Assembly: GCA_040386935.1 (NCBI GenBank)
Contig: JAZKEQ010000029.1
Coordinates: 21,431-85,430 of the forward strand
Length of the DNA stretch: 64,000 nt
Source of the DNA: Bacteroidota bacterium
Lineage (GTDB): Bacteria > Bacteroidota > Bacteroidia > NS11-12g > UBA955
Direction: 5' to 3'
Part shown: positions 19,754 through 30,883 of the stretch, piece after piece
Position numbering within the stretch: position 1 is the stretch's first letter
Layout of the letters: the number at the start of each line of letters is the position of its first letter
Translations under genes and position numbers: made by a program
Notes under the pieces: model-generated
Database searches by the model: none
What the model was told of the DNA's origin: nothing
The model's input: the letters and a program-made list of their open reading frames with translations, nothing else

Positions 19754-21198
19754 TTAATGCCTTCTAATAATGTTTTAACAGATTGTTCGGTAATGTCGAG
19801 TATGGGTTTAGGATATACACCTATTCCGATAATTAAAATTACAATAATGATTAATGTGATTTTTTCGCGAGAAGTGATTGGAGCAAAAGTAGCAGTCAAT
19901 GCATTCGTTTCACCCAACATAATGGTTTGGAATGAACGGAACATGTAAACAACACCTAAAATAACGCTCAACCCTGCAAAAGATGCGGCAATAGCATTAG
20001 CTTTAAATATACCAACGATGAGTAGGAATTCACCAACGAATCCTGTGGTAAACGGTAGCGCTACAGCACTCAGTACAACGATGAAAAATAAGAAAGCGAA
20101 TCGCGAATCAATAGCCCTGATACCGCCCAGTTTTTGCATTTCGGTGGTCCCCATTCTGCTGAAAATAATATCACAAGCGTAGAATAACCCGATGGTATTA
20201 ATCGCATGACTCAACATCTCAATTAAACCACCCTGTAAACTTTGAATATTAACTGCCAATAAACCTGCAGCTATTAAACTTACGTGCGCAATAGATGAAT
20301 AAGCAATCAGGTATCTGAAATCTTTTTGTACAATCGAAATACATGAAGCGTAAATAACACTCACTACAGCCAATATAATACCGATGTGTCCAAACTCAGC
20401 AAGTCCGTCAGGTACCATTGGGATTACCCAGCGTATCAATCCGTAAGTCGCCATTTTCGACATAATAGCCGACAACATCATTAAGCCCGGAGTAGGAGCT
20501 GTGTAATATGTTTTTGGTTGCCATGTATGGAAAGGGAATACCGGCATCTTAACGGCAAATGCAAGAAAGAATGCAGCGAGTATCCAGCCTTGTTCTACAA
20601 GCGATAATTGACTGGCAGTTTGGTACAACACATGTATGTCGAAACTTTTCTCAGGAGATTGCAGGTAGATATAGATAAATGCCAATAGCATGAATAAACT
20701 ACCGAACAATGTATACAAGAAAAATTTGAATGTTATTTTTTGTCTGTTCTCGCCACCCCATACTAATATGATGAAGTAAATAGGAATTAATGCCAATTCC
20801 CAGAAGATGTAAAACAGGAAGCCGTCCATGGCGCTGAATACGCCAATCATAGCACCTTGCATCAACATCATCAATCCATAAAATACAGACGCATTTTTTT
20901 GTTCTTTGCCAAATGATGCATACAGAATAATTGGCATTAACGAAGTAGCCAGCAGAATCATTAATAAACTGATACCATCTGCAGCAATATGAAATGAAAT
21001 ACCAAGACTGCTGATCCAGGGTTGATTCATTGAAAGCAATTCTACATTGCCTTTTTGAAACATCAGCAATGCGGTAACAGCCAATGCTAATTCAACTAAT
21101 GCGGCACCCATTACCAGCGGCTTAGCCATCTTTTGACCTGCAACAATCAGCAGGGCTGCTGAAATAAAAGGGAAGAGTATAAGGAGTAATATCAACAT
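19750..21198 (-). CDS. nuoM: NADH-quinone oxidoreductase subunit M.
   Basis: It is a 482 aa antiporter-like subunit carrying the NuoM/ND4 signature WLPDAM-like motif (FHTWQPKTYYTAPTPG). Confidence 0.85.
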   Translation of the reverse strand: MLILLLILFPFISAALLIVAGQKMAKPLVMGAALVELALAVTALLMFQKGNVELLSMNQPWISSLGISFHIAADGISLLMILLATSLMPIILYASFGKEQKNASVFYGLMMLMQGAMIGVFSAMDGFLFYIFWELALIPIYFIILVWGGENRQKITFKFFLYTLFGSLFMLLAFIYIYLQSPEKSFDIHVLYQTASQLSLVEQGWILAAFFLAFAVKMPVFPFHTWQPKTYYTAPTPGLMMLSAIMSKMATYGLIRWVIPMVPDGLAEFGHIGIILAVVSVIYASCISIVQKDFRYLIAYSSIAHVSLIAAGLLAVNIQSLQGGLIEMLSHAINTIGLFYACDIIFSRMGTTEMQKLGGIRAIDSRFAFLFFIVVLSAVALPFTTGFVGEFLLIVGIFKANAIAASFAGLSVILGVVYMFRSFQTIMLGETNALTATFAPITSREKITLIIIVILIIGIGVYPKPILDITEQSVKTLLEGIK

Positions 21199-21201
21199 GT
21201 C

Positions 21202-23100
21202 TTATTTCGCTATAAAAATTAAAAGGATAAGAATTAAAGAAGTGACAATGGCCATTACATAGAAACCGATGTTTCCTGTTTGTAATAATCTCAATGTCTG
21301 TCCGGCACCTACTGTCAGTTTTCCGAATCCGTTGACAATACCATCTACCAATTTGTTGTCAAATGTTTTTTGTAAAAATCCTGACATGGCATCGAATGGT
21401 TTTGTAAATACTGAAGTGTACAATTCATCAACATAAAATTTGTTGTATACCAGTTTTTTGAATGCAGGCAATTCAGCCTCTTCAGCAGCCGGTAAAGTAT
21501 TTTTGCTGATGTAAAAATATCGGGCAATTAAAATCACGATTACAATCAATACAGTTGTTACGGTCATCAACATCAATTCGGTATCAAGAGATATATGACT
21601 TTCGGCATTGAATACAACTGAACCTAAGAAATGATCGAACCAATTGTGTAACCCTATTTGCTCACCCAATGCATGCGGGAATCCGATGAAACCGGCAATG
21701 ATAGCAAACACTGCTAACACAACCAATGGAATGGTCATCGATTTAGGCGACTCATGTAAGTGGTGTTCCTGTTCATGCGTACCTCTGAATGAACCGTGGA
21801 ATGTAAGAAATAACAAACGGAACATATAGAAAGCGGTCATCAGTGATACCAGCATACCCAATGCAAACAGCACAGGATGATGACTGTATACTGAAGCCAG
21901 TATTTGATCTTTACTAAAGAAACCTGCCAATGGTGGAATACCCGATATAGCGATAGTGCCAATGAGGAAAGTGATATAGGTAACAGGTAATTTCTTTTTA
22001 AGTCCACCCATTTTGCGGATATCTTGTTCGCCACTCATGCCGTGAATAACGCTACCCGAGCCAAGGAATAATAAGGCTTTAAAAAATGCATGTGTTACAA
22101 CATGGAATACAGCTGCTGAATATGCGCCAACTCCCAATGCAAGGAACATCAAGCCCAATTGACTGACAGTAGAGTAAGCCAATACTTTTTTAATATCGTT
22201 TTGAAATAAACCAATGCTTGCGCCAAGTAATGCTGTACCGACACCGATGTATGAAACAAATTCGAGTGTGGCAGGTGTCAAAGAGAACATGATATTGGTA
22301 CGCGCCACCATATAAATACCTGCCGTTACCATTGTCGCTGCGTGTATCAATGCAGATACCGGAGTTGGTCCTGCCATCGCATCAGGTAGCCAGGTGTACA
22401 AAGGTATCTGAGCACTTTTACCCATGGCACCTATGAATAAACAGATGGTGATGATGGTGAGTGTTTCAGTCGGAACAGTATCTAAAAATCCAGGAGCAAA
22501 TAATGTGGTGAAATTCAGTGTATCAAAATTTACAAAGATGAGGCACATGGCGATCAGGAAACCTAAATCACCGATGCGGTTCATTACGAATGCTTTTTTA
22601 GCAGCATCATTATTTTTAGTTTCCTTGTACCAGAAACCAATCAACATGAATGAACAGAATCCTACACCTTCCCAACCGATGAACATTACTAAGAAATTGT
22701 TGCCCAATACCAGAATGAGCATGAAGAAAATAAACAGATTCAAGTAACCGAAGAATCTTCTGAAACCATCATCATCGTGCATATAGCCCACTGAGAATAC
22801 ATGGATAAGAAAACCGATACCGGTAATAATCATCAGGAATATGGCAGACAAAGGATCTGCAAGAAAAGAAAACGATGCAGAAAAAGAACCGGCAGAAATC
22901 CAGTCAAAAACTTTAACTTCTACAGTCTGTTGAGTACCTATTTGTGCAATAAATATCAGCAATGAATCGATGAAGCTGAGTAGTACACCAATGCATGCAA
23001 AAATTGCGGTATGTTGTTTTGTGAGCCTTCTGTTAAGCAAACCAATAATGGCAAAACTCAACAGTGGAAATAAGGGGATTAATTTTACGAGTTGTTCCAT
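21202..23100 (-). CDS. nuoL: NADH-quinone oxidoreductase subunit L.
   Basis: It is 632 aa. It carries the ND5 family signature (WLPDAMAGPTPVSALIHAATMVTAG) and a long C-terminal helix region. Confidence 0.9.
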   Translation of the reverse strand: MEQLVKLIPLFPLLSFAIIGLLNRRLTKQHTAIFACIGVLLSFIDSLLIFIAQIGTQQTVEVKVFDWISAGSFSASFSFLADPLSAIFLMIITGIGFLIHVFSVGYMHDDDGFRRFFGYLNLFIFFMLILVLGNNFLVMFIGWEGVGFCSFMLIGFWYKETKNNDAAKKAFVMNRIGDLGFLIAMCLIFVNFDTLNFTTLFAPGFLDTVPTETLTIITICLFIGAMGKSAQIPLYTWLPDAMAGPTPVSALIHAATMVTAGIYMVARTNIMFSLTPATLEFVSYIGVGTALLGASIGLFQNDIKKVLAYSTVSQLGLMFLALGVGAYSAAVFHVVTHAFFKALLFLGSGSVIHGMSGEQDIRKMGGLKKKLPVTYITFLIGTIAISGIPPLAGFFSKDQILASVYSHHPVLFALGMLVSLMTAFYMFRLLFLTFHGSFRGTHEQEHHLHESPKSMTIPLVVLAVFAIIAGFIGFPHALGEQIGLHNWFDHFLGSVVFNAESHISLDTELMLMTVTTVLIVIVILIARYFYISKNTLPAAEEAELPAFKKLVYNKFYVDELYTSVFTKPFDAMSGFLQKTFDNKLVDGIVNGFGKLTVGAGQTLRLLQTGNIGFYVMAIVTSLILILLIFIAK

Positions 23101-23127
23101 CTTTTTTCTACTTGTATATTAACGTTA

Positions 23128-23445
23128 TTACCATTTTAATTGATTGAGAACCTCTGTATCCGATGTGCCTGCATTGCGGTATATCATAATCAATATGGCC
23201 AGACCAACCGCTACTTCAGCAGCAGCTACAGCCATAATAAAGAAAACGAATACCTGTCCGTTGCTGTCGCCAAGGTATCTTGAAAAAGCAACCATTAATA
23301 GGTTGACTGCATTTAACATCAGTTCGATGCACATGAACATGATGATGGCATTTCTGCGCACCATTACGCCCAACACACCGATACAAAACATTGCAGCGCT
23401 CAGCAGTATGTAATAATTGAGGGATATTCCGTTAATACTTTCCAT
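23128..23445 (-). CDS. nuoK: NADH-quinone oxidoreductase subunit K.
   Basis: It is 105 aa with three TM helices and the ND4L pattern ([12 protein letters not shown]). Confidence 0.85.
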   Translation of the reverse strand: MESINGISLNYYILLSAAMFCIGVLGVMVRRNAIIMFMCIELMLNAVNLLMVAFSRYLGDSNGQVFVFFIMAVAAAEVAVGLAILIMIYRNAGTSDTEVLNQLKW

Positions 23446-23446
23446 T

Positions 23447-23947
23447 TTAATGCAAATCTTTTTTTGATAAATAAACAGCCCCTACCATGGCGGCTAAAAA
23501 TAATATTGAGGATACTTCGAAAGGCAATAAAAATTCACCGAAGAGTACACGTCCCAAATTTTCAACTAATCCAATGGTTTGGTCGGTTGAAGCAATGGCG
23601 GTCATTTCAGTACCTTTTAATGCACCTACAAGGGTTAACATTAATAAACCTGCAGCAATGATTGCAACAAATTTGATTATTGGTTTTTTATGCGGTTCAG
23701 TTTCTTTATTGAGATTCAGCATCATGATTACATATAGAAATAATACCATGATGGCACCGGCATATACGATGATGTGCACTGCTGCCAGAAACTGTGCGTT
23801 TAATAAAATATAGTGACCTGCAATGGCAAAGAAAGTAACAATTAAATACAGGACACTGTGCACCGGACTTTTTGAAAATACCACCATCAGTGCACTGAGT
23901 ATGGCCAAAAAGGAGAGGAACCAAAAGATATATTGCGAAATGCTCAT
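23447..23947 (-). CDS. nuoJ: NADH-quinone oxidoreductase subunit J.
   Basis: It is a 166 aa membrane subunit of the ND6 family. It is placed between nuoK and nuoI. Confidence 0.8.
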   Translation of the reverse strand: MSISQYIFWFLSFLAILSALMVVFSKSPVHSVLYLIVTFFAIAGHYILLNAQFLAAVHIIVYAGAIMVLFLYVIMMLNLNKETEPHKKPIIKFVAIIAAGLLMLTLVGALKGTEMTAIASTDQTIGLVENLGRVLFGEFLLPFEVSSILFLAAMVGAVYLSKKDLH

Positions 23948-24006
23948 TAAATTATTTGCGAATTACGGTTATTTGATTTTTTTGCTGAATTAATTATATC
24001 CACTGA

Positions 24007-24618
24007 TTAATGATGGCTTGGTTTTTTACCTGCGCCTAATTGTTTGTCAATGAAAGTTAAATTGTGTTTGTGTTTCTTGTCTTTTTTGAAATCGATTACA
24101 GCATGGGTTTGTCTTTTTGTAACATCAATTGGTTGCTCTTTTGTTTCAACCAGTTTATCCTTGCCATAAATAAATTCATCGCGTTCGAAAGTACTTGGAA
24201 CAATTCTGTCGGTTAAGAAAATAGCTTCTTTCGGACAGGCTTCTTCGCACAATCCGCAGAAAATACAACGCAGCATATTGATTTCATATACAGCCGCATA
24301 TTTTTCTTCGCGGAACAATCCTTCTTCACCTTTTTTTCTTTCAGCTGCTACCATTGTAATGGCTTCAGCAGGACAGGCAACAGCACATAAGCCGCATGCC
24401 GTGCAGCGTTCAGCACCTGCTTCATCTCGCTTCAGTACATGTTGACCTCTGTATACAGGGGCGAATTCACGTGTTTGCTCCGGATATTTCACGGTCGCTT
24501 TTCTCATGAAAATATGTTTCAGTGTGATAAACATACCACTGAAAATTGCAGGAAGATATGCTCTTTCCAACAATGTCATTTGTCGTTTTACAACTTGTTT
24601 GCTTCTGTTCGTTAACAT
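24007..24618 (-). CDS. nuoI: NADH-quinone oxidoreductase subunit I. The true start may be the internal Met near 24579. It has a Lys/His-rich C-terminal extension.
   Basis: It has two 4Fe-4S ferredoxin motifs (CTACGLCAVACP and CIFCGLCEEACP). Confidence 0.85.
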   Translation of the reverse strand: MLTNRSKQVVKRQMTLLERAYLPAIFSGMFITLKHIFMRKATVKYPEQTREFAPVYRGQHVLKRDEAGAERCTACGLCAVACPAEAITMVAAERKKGEEGLFREEKYAAVYEINMLRCIFCGLCEEACPKEAIFLTDRIVPSTFERDEFIYGKDKLVETKEQPIDVTKRQTHAVIDFKKDKKHKHNLTFIDKQLGAGKKPSHH

Positions 24619-24623
24619 AACTC

Positions 24624-25649
24624 TTATATACTACCGTTTAACCACATCACTATCCCTGTAATAAATATATTCGCCAAAGCTAAAGGCAATAACACCTTCC
24701 AGCCAAGGTTCATCAATTGGTCGTACCTGAACCTCGGGATGGTCCAGCGCACCCACATGAATAAGAAAATAAAGAAGAATACTTTGCCGAACATCACAAC
24801 AGTTTGTACAATGCTCAACCAGTTACCTTCCAGTCCCAACTCGTGTTGGAATGGGAAATTGTATCCGCCAAAATAGAAACAGGTAATCACTGCTGATGAA
24901 ATAAACATATTGATGTATTCAGCAAACAAGTAGAATCCAAGTTTCATGGATGAATATTCTGTATGGTAACCACCTATCAATTCTGTTTCACATTCAGGCA
25001 AGTCGAAAGGCGCGCGATTGGTTTCAGCAAATGCACAGATGATGAATATCAAACAGCCCAATGGTTGGTAAATGATGTTGGCATAACTCTCGTCTTGTTG
25101 CAATACGATTTCATTCAAACTCAATGTGCCGGTTGTCATTACCAATGCGATAATGGCTAATCCCATTGCAATTTCATAACTAATCATTTGCGATGAGGCT
25201 CTGATAGCACCCAGTAAAGAGAATTTATTATTAGAAGCCCATCCACCTATCATGATACCGTAAACACCCAGTGATACAACACCAAATAAATACAGAATAC
25301 CAATATTCAGATCAGCAATTTGCAGGTCGAATTTTTGTCCACCGATGGTTAATGGTCCGCCCCATGGAATAACAGCACCTGTCATACAGGCGGTGAGCAT
25401 GGCGATACAGGGTCCCATGATGAAGAGCCATTTATTTGAAACACTTGGAATCAATTCTTCCTTCATGAACATTTTTACAGCATCAGCCAAAGGTTGCAGA
25501 ATACCGAAAGGTCCTGCTCTGTCGGGTCCCACACGGTCCTGCATTACGGCAGCAACCTTGCGTTCTGCATAGGTAGAGTAAGTGGCTATCAATAGCGTAA
25601 TCGCAAATACTACGACAACAATGATGGCTTTTATAATGAGAGGTTCCAT
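24624..25649 (-). CDS. nuoH: NADH-quinone oxidoreductase subunit H.
   Basis: It is a 341 aa ND1-family membrane subunit (GPFGILQPLADAVK, ETNRAPFDLPE). Confidence 0.9.
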   Translation of the reverse strand: MEPLIIKAIIVVVVFAITLLIATYSTYAERKVAAVMQDRVGPDRAGPFGILQPLADAVKMFMKEELIPSVSNKWLFIMGPCIAMLTACMTGAVIPWGGPLTIGGQKFDLQIADLNIGILYLFGVVSLGVYGIMIGGWASNNKFSLLGAIRASSQMISYEIAMGLAIIALVMTTGTLSLNEIVLQQDESYANIIYQPLGCLIFIICAFAETNRAPFDLPECETELIGGYHTEYSSMKLGFYLFAEYINMFISSAVITCFYFGGYNFPFQHELGLEGNWLSIVQTVVMFGKVFFFIFLFMWVRWTIPRFRYDQLMNLGWKVLLPLALANIFITGIVMWLNGSI

Positions 25650-25664
25650 TAATTTTCTTTAAGC

Positions 25665-26699
25665 TTATTCGTTATTTGGGTCAAGGGCGCCTGTTCCTAA
25701 TTCTACTTTTACACCGGTTGGTTTTGAACCCAACATTCTCAGTGTATCCGCTTTAATATTTTTCAGTGTTTCGTAATGGTTAGCAGAAATAACTGAATGC
25801 TGATCAATTTTACTTGGTCCTTCTATAGTCCAGTCGCTCAGTTGTTTTTTATCGTATCTGCATTCGTTACAAATCCACGCAGTTGTTCCATCAGCATTGT
25901 CTTCTACTTCGCCCCATTGGTCTTTGCGGGCAGTTACTCTTAATACTTCTTCACCCTGGTTCCACAAGCGTACTTTTCCGCAACATGTTTTACAATCTCT
26001 GTGTGCATCAATTGGTTTGGTATACCACACACGACTTTTAAAACGGAAAGTTTTATCTGTCAATGCACCTACAGGACATACATCAATCACATTGCCTGAA
26101 AAATCATTGTCGATTGCTTTTTCAATATAGGTTGAAATTTCTGAGGCCTCACCTCTGTTCATTACACCGTGGCAACGACCATCAGTTAATTGATCAGCAA
26201 CCTTCACACATCTGTAACACAGAATGCATCGGTTCATGTGCAGCTTTATTTTATCACCAATATCAATTGGTTCAAATTCTCTTCTTTCAAATTCATTGCG
26301 CGTACCTTCTTTACCGTGTTCATAGCTCAGGTTTTGTAAGTCGCACTCTCCGGCCTGGTCGCAAACAGGACAATCCAAAGGGTGGTTGAGCAACAAGAAT
26401 TCTACAACACCTGCTCTTGCTTCAAGATTTTCAGGCGAAGTAATATTTCTCACCACCATGCCATCCATTACCGTAGTTCTGCAACTGGCAACCGGTTTAG
26501 GCATAGGGCGTGGATCTTTAGCTGAACCTTGTTCTACTTTTACAATACAGGTACGGCAATAACCGCCACTGGTTTTCAGTTTGCTGTAGTAGCACATAGC
26601 AGGTGGGGCAATATCGCCACCAATCATACGGGCAGCCTGTAAAATGGTGGTTCCTTCAGGAACTTCTACAGGGATATCATCAATCGTTACTATAGGCAT
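25665..26699 (-). CDS. nuoG: NADH-quinone oxidoreductase subunit G, the short form. It has the N-terminal Fe-S domains only.
   Basis: 2Fe-2S and 4Fe-4S Cys clusters are present (CYYSKLKTSGGYCRTC; CPVCDQAGECDLQN; CILCYRC). It is 344 aa and lacks the molybdopterin-like C-terminal domain, as is usual in Bacteroidota. Confidence 0.85.
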   Translation of the reverse strand: MPIVTIDDIPVEVPEGTTILQAARMIGGDIAPPAMCYYSKLKTSGGYCRTCIVKVEQGSAKDPRPMPKPVASCRTTVMDGMVVRNITSPENLEARAGVVEFLLLNHPLDCPVCDQAGECDLQNLSYEHGKEGTRNEFERREFEPIDIGDKIKLHMNRCILCYRCVKVADQLTDGRCHGVMNRGEASEISTYIEKAIDNDFSGNVIDVCPVGALTDKTFRFKSRVWYTKPIDAHRDCKTCCGKVRLWNQGEEVLRVTARKDQWGEVEDNADGTTAWICNECRYDKKQLSDWTIEGPSKIDQHSVISANHYETLKNIKADTLRMLGSKPTGVKVELGTGALDPNNE

Positions 26700-26702
26700 T
26701 GT

Positions 26703-28052
26703 TTAAGCGGTTTGTAATCTGTAATAATGTTTAATGTCTTTGATATTTTCTGGATTCTTTACGTATTCCTCAAATTCAGATCTGAAATGTCTGATGGCTG
26801 AAGCTACCGGCCAGGCCGCTGCATCACCCAATGGGCAAATCGTTTTTCCTTCAATTTTACTTTGAATGTCCCAAAGCAAATCAATATCAGATAAAGTGCC
26901 ATGACCATCCAGTATTTTATGGAGAATTCTTTCCATCCATCCTGTTCCTTCTCTGCACGGGCTGCATTGTCCGCAACTTTCGTGGTGATAGAAACGGGCA
27001 AAGGTGTAAAGATTTTTAACAATGCTGGTATCTTCATCCATGACGATGAATCCACCTGAACCCAGCATAGTGCCTGTTGCAAAACCGCCATCGCCTAAAC
27101 TTTCGTAAGACATTAGACGCGGTTCGCCATTGGCAGTTTTAAGTATTAAGTCGGCCGGCAATACAGGAACAGATGAACCGCCTGCTACTACAGCTTTCAA
27201 TTTTCTGCCGCCTTTAATGCCTCCGCAATATTGTTCTGAATAAATAAATTCTTCAACCGGTACACCCAATTCAATTTCATAAACACCCGGCTTATTGATA
27301 TGGCCTGATGCGGAGATTAATTTGGTACCTGTGCTTTTGCCTACACCTATTTTAGCGTATTCATCACCACCCATTTCAATAATAGGTACAACAGCTGCAA
27401 TTGTTTCTACGTTATTTACAACAGTAGGGCAACCGTATAAACCTGCAATAGCGGGGAATGGCGGTTTAATACGCGGATTACCTCTTTTACCTTCAAGACT
27501 TTCAAGTAAAGCAGTTTCTTCGCCACAGATATATGCACCTGCACCTACCTGAACATACAAGTCGTGATCAAAACCACTGCCTAAAATATTTTTTCCAAGA
27601 TAACCGGCTGCATAAGCTTCATCAATGGCTTGTTCAAGAATACGGGCGATGTAAAAATATTCACCTCTTATATAAATGTATGAAGTATTGGCACCTAATG
27701 CAAAAGAAGAGAGTATCATGCCTTCCACCAATAAATGCGGAATGCGTTCCATCAGATAGCGGTCTTTGAAAGTACCCGGTTCGCTCTCATCGGCATTGCA
27801 CACAAGGTATCTTGGCACACCCTCAGGTTTTGCCAAGAAACTCCATTTCATACCGGTAGGAAAACCTGCACCGCCTCGTCCTCTCAATCCTGATTTCTTT
27901 ACCTCTTCAACAATAGCATCAGGGTCCATTGTTTTCAATGCGTTTTCTAAAACAGAATATCCACCTTGCTGTTTGTATACCTCCATTTTATGGATGTTGG
28001 CAACGTGGTCGTTTTTTAACAGTAATTTTTTGCTCATTTGGTTAATTAACAA
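26703..28052 (-). CDS. nuoF: NADH-quinone oxidoreductase subunit F.
   Basis: The NADH/FMN-binding motif GRGGAGFPTGMKW is present. The 4Fe-4S motif ESCGQCSPCREG is present. Confidence 0.93.
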   Translation of the reverse strand: MLINQMSKKLLLKNDHVANIHKMEVYKQQGGYSVLENALKTMDPDAIVEEVKKSGLRGRGGAGFPTGMKWSFLAKPEGVPRYLVCNADESEPGTFKDRYLMERIPHLLVEGMILSSFALGANTSYIYIRGEYFYIARILEQAIDEAYAAGYLGKNILGSGFDHDLYVQVGAGAYICGEETALLESLEGKRGNPRIKPPFPAIAGLYGCPTVVNNVETIAAVVPIIEMGGDEYAKIGVGKSTGTKLISASGHINKPGVYEIELGVPVEEFIYSEQYCGGIKGGRKLKAVVAGGSSVPVLPADLILKTANGEPRLMSYESLGDGGFATGTMLGSGGFIVMDEDTSIVKNLYTFARFYHHESCGQCSPCREGTGWMERILHKILDGHGTLSDIDLLWDIQSKIEGKTICPLGDAAAWPVASAIRHFRSEFEEYVKNPENIKDIKHYYRLQTA

Positions 28053-28567
28053 TATCTGCTTTGTTTACCTTCTTGTTTAAAATTATCAAGCAGCGTATCT
28101 ACTTTTTGTGTGGTCAGGTTTTCGTGATAATCTGCACCTACCTGCATCATAGGCGCTGTTCCGCAACTGCCTAAACACTCTACTGCTTTCAGTGTAAACA
28201 TGCCATCGGCACTTGTTTCACCTACTTTAATATTCAATTTCTTTTCGATGTGATCGATGATGTCTTCGGCACCACATAACCAACAACTGCTGGTGCGGCA
28301 AACTTCTATCAGACATTTGCCAACCGGTTTAAGATTGTACATGCTGTAAAAAGAGGCGACTTCATATACTTCAATGGGTTGTATATTTAAAATGCCTGCT
28401 ACATAATCCATAGTCGGAGCGCTCAACCATCCGCCAAACTCAGCCTGGGCAATATGCAATATCGGAAGTAATGCTGATTTGTGCTTACCTTCAGGATAGC
28501 GTTTAATGATTTTATGCACTTGCTCAAGTGATTCTTTACTGAAAGCGATTTGATCTGTCGTTGTCAT
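28046..28567 (-). CDS. nuoE: NADH-quinone oxidoreductase subunit E.
   Basis: It has thioredoxin-like 2Fe-2S Cys motifs (CRTSSCWLCG ... CLGSCGTAPMM). Confidence 0.9.
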   Translation of the reverse strand: MTTTDQIAFSKESLEQVHKIIKRYPEGKHKSALLPILHIAQAEFGGWLSAPTMDYVAGILNIQPIEVYEVASFYSMYNLKPVGKCLIEVCRTSSCWLCGAEDIIDHIEKKLNIKVGETSADGMFTLKAVECLGSCGTAPMMQVGADYHENLTTQKVDTLLDNFKQEGKQSRYC

Positions 28568-28572
28568 TTATT

Positions 28573-29778
28573 TTATGCGTCTAATTCTCCGGCTATAACA
28601 TTTAAACTACTCATTGTAAGAATGGCATCACTCAGTAAACCACCTGTTATCATTTCAGGATAAGCCTGATAATAGATAAAGCATGGTCTTCTGAAATGCA
28701 ATCTGTATGGGGTACGGCCACCATCGCTCATCAGGTAATAACCCAATTCACCATTGCCGCCTTCCACGGAATGGTAAACTTCACCTTTAGGGATATCGGT
28801 TTCGCCCATTACTATTTTGAAATGGAAAATCAATGCTTCCATTTTGCTATAAACATCTTCCTTTGGCGGTAAATAAAACTCAGGGACATCGGCATGAAAA
28901 TCACCTGAAGGCATTTTTTCAAGTGCCTGACGGATGATACGGATGCTCTCCCACATTTCCTGAATTCTTACCATGAAGCGATCGTAAGTATCACCATTTT
29001 GTCCGATAGGAATATCAAAATCAAAATCGCCATAACTGCAATAAGGATTAGCAACCCTTACATCGTAATCTACACCAGCTGCGCGAAGGTTTGGTCCTGT
29101 GAAACCATAGGCCAATGCTCGTTCTCCAGTTATAGGGCCGCAGTCGATTGTACGGTCCATGAATATGCGGTTGCGTTCAACCAGTTTTTGAAATTCACTG
29201 AGGAATTCCGGAAATTCTTTTAAGAAGATATTGAGTTTATCCCAAGCTGTTTGAGAAAAGTCGCGTTCCATTCCACCAATTCTTCCGATATTGGTTGTTA
29301 AACGGGCACCGCAAATTTCTTCATAAATCTCATAGATTTTTTCTCTCATTTGAAAGAAATACAAGAAGCCTGTTGTTGCACCTGTGTCCTGACCGATGAT
29401 AGTGGTACAAATAACGTGGTCGGCAATACGCGATAATTCCATGATGATAACACGCATGTATTCTGCACGCTTAGGCACGTTACAGCCAATCAGTTTTTCA
29501 ACCGTCATGTGCCATCCCATATTATTAATAGGAGATGAGCAATAATTTAAACGGTCGGTGATAGGAGTTATCTGGTTATACGGACGGTGTTCCGCCAGTT
29601 TTTCGAATGCTCTGTGAATGTACCCGATGGTAGGCTCGGCATGCATGATGATTTCGCCATCCATTTTCAATACGTTCTGAAAAATACCGTGAGTAGCCGG
29701 GTGAGTGGGTCCTAGGTTGAGAATGTTGTATTGTTTCTCTGCTTCCTGGGTAGTTGAAATATCTTTTGTTGTTGTCAA
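28573..29778 (-). CDS. nuoD: NADH-quinone oxidoreductase subunit D (49 kDa subunit).
   Basis: It is 401 aa of the NuoD/Nqo4 family (HPATHG, RIADHV, a C-terminal segment). It is a separate gene from nuoC. Confidence 0.9.
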   Translation of the reverse strand: MTTTKDISTTQEAEKQYNILNLGPTHPATHGIFQNVLKMDGEIIMHAEPTIGYIHRAFEKLAEHRPYNQITPITDRLNYCSSPINNMGWHMTVEKLIGCNVPKRAEYMRVIIMELSRIADHVICTTIIGQDTGATTGFLYFFQMREKIYEIYEEICGARLTTNIGRIGGMERDFSQTAWDKLNIFLKEFPEFLSEFQKLVERNRIFMDRTIDCGPITGERALAYGFTGPNLRAAGVDYDVRVANPYCSYGDFDFDIPIGQNGDTYDRFMVRIQEMWESIRIIRQALEKMPSGDFHADVPEFYLPPKEDVYSKMEALIFHFKIVMGETDIPKGEVYHSVEGGNGELGYYLMSDGGRTPYRLHFRRPCFIYYQAYPEMITGGLLSDAILTMSSLNVIAGELDA

Positions 29779-29792
29779 AATATAACGGGGAT

Positions 29793-30314
29793 TTAACGGC
29801 CAAACATTTTATCGCTTTTATCATCCCTGCCTGCATCTTCAAGCGGGTATTCCTTCCTCATCGGGAAGTAATTCATTTCATCCATATTCAGAATGCGTTT
29901 AAGATCGGGGTGATTAATAAAATTAAACCCAAAGAAATCGTATTCTTGTCTTTCCATCCAGTTGGCAGTTGGCCAAAGGTGGGTAACAGTTGGCATATCC
30001 ATATCGCCATCAGGCATAAAAGTTTTGATGCGTATGCGCCAGTTATTTTTCATGTTGTGCAATTGATACATGATGCCAAATTCTTCACCTTTATTATCAG
30101 GGAAATGAAGGCCACAAAGTGTAGTTAGAAAAGTGAACTCCAATTCAGGATCATCTTTTAACAACATCAATACATTTACGATGTTTTTTTTATCAACTAC
30201 AAATACAGGAAAATCATAAAGCATTTCAGCGCTTTTCAATCCTTCACCGAATTGTGTTTTAAGTTTTGCGGAGATTATATCTAACAATTCACTCATGTTG
30301 TTATTCGATGCCAT
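29793..30314 (-). CDS. nuoC: NADH-quinone oxidoreductase subunit C (30 kDa subunit).
   Basis: It is 173 aa of the NuoC family ([12 protein letters not shown]...HPDLKRIL). It overlaps nuoB by 14 bp. Confidence 0.88.
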   Translation of the reverse strand: MASNNNMSELLDIISAKLKTQFGEGLKSAEMLYDFPVFVVDKKNIVNVLMLLKDDPELEFTFLTTLCGLHFPDNKGEEFGIMYQLHNMKNNWRIRIKTFMPDGDMDMPTVTHLWPTANWMERQEYDFFGFNFINHPDLKRILNMDEMNYFPMRKEYPLEDAGRDDKSDKMFGR

Positions 30315-30846
30315 AGGCCGCTAATTTTTCTTTGTACTCAGGTGTATCTCTTCTTCTAATGCTTTCAGATCTTGTGAGTTCCTGTATTTTTAAAATGCCG
30401 TCAAGTACTTGTTCTGGGCGTGGAGGGCAGCCCGGAATGTATACATCCACCGGGATGATTCTATCGATACCCTGCAGTACGCTGTAAGTATCGAATATGC
30501 CACCGCTGCTAGCACAAGCACCCATACTGAGTACCCATTTTGGTTCTGCCATTTGTTCGTATACCTGACGTAAAATAGGACCCATCTTTTTAGAGATAGT
30601 ACCCATTACCATCAATAAATCTGCCTGACGCGGAGAGAAGCTTAAGCGCTCTGATCCGAAACGGGCTAAATCATAGTGTGAAGCCATGGTGGCCATGAAT
30701 TCAATACCGCAACATGAGGTAGCAAATGGCAAGGGCCAAAGCGAATTGGCGCGTGCTAAACCTACCACTTTGTCGAGAGACGTAGCGAAGAAACCGGCTC
30801 CTTCAATGCCTTCAGGTTTAAATTCCGGTTTGATATCAATACTCAT
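30301..30846 (-). CDS. nuoB: NADH-quinone oxidoreductase subunit B.
   Basis: The cluster N2 cysteines are present ([25 protein letters not shown]). Confidence 0.93.
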   Translation of the reverse strand: MSIDIKPEFKPEGIEGAGFFATSLDKVVGLARANSLWPLPFATSCCGIEFMATMASHYDLARFGSERLSFSPRQADLLMVMGTISKKMGPILRQVYEQMAEPKWVLSMGACASSGGIFDTYSVLQGIDRIIPVDVYIPGCPPRPEQVLDGILKIQELTRSESIRRRDTPEYKEKLAAYGIE

Positions 30847-30883
30847 TGCTGTTGTTGTTTAATAATTGATAAATGCGATTGGA

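Noticed and set aside
25665-26699. NuoG is only 344 aa. I considered whether it is a truncated pseudogene.
   Set aside because: All N-terminal Fe-S cysteine motifs are intact and the frame is closed cleanly before nuoF. A short NuoG lacking the molybdopterin-like domain is normal for Bacteroidota complex I.
19146-27552. Plus-strand ORFs inside the nuo operon (e.g. 19146-19478, 22424-22747, 23144-23413, 23487-23813, 24963-25160, 25897-26389, 27295-28080).
   Set aside because: They are opposite-strand artefacts of the contiguous nuoA to nuoN genes. None has a signal, motif or independent start context.
29754-30128. 124 aa plus-strand ORF spanning the nuoD/nuoC junction.
   Set aside because: It overlaps two conserved complex I genes on the other strand and has no recognisable features. 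I call it spurious.
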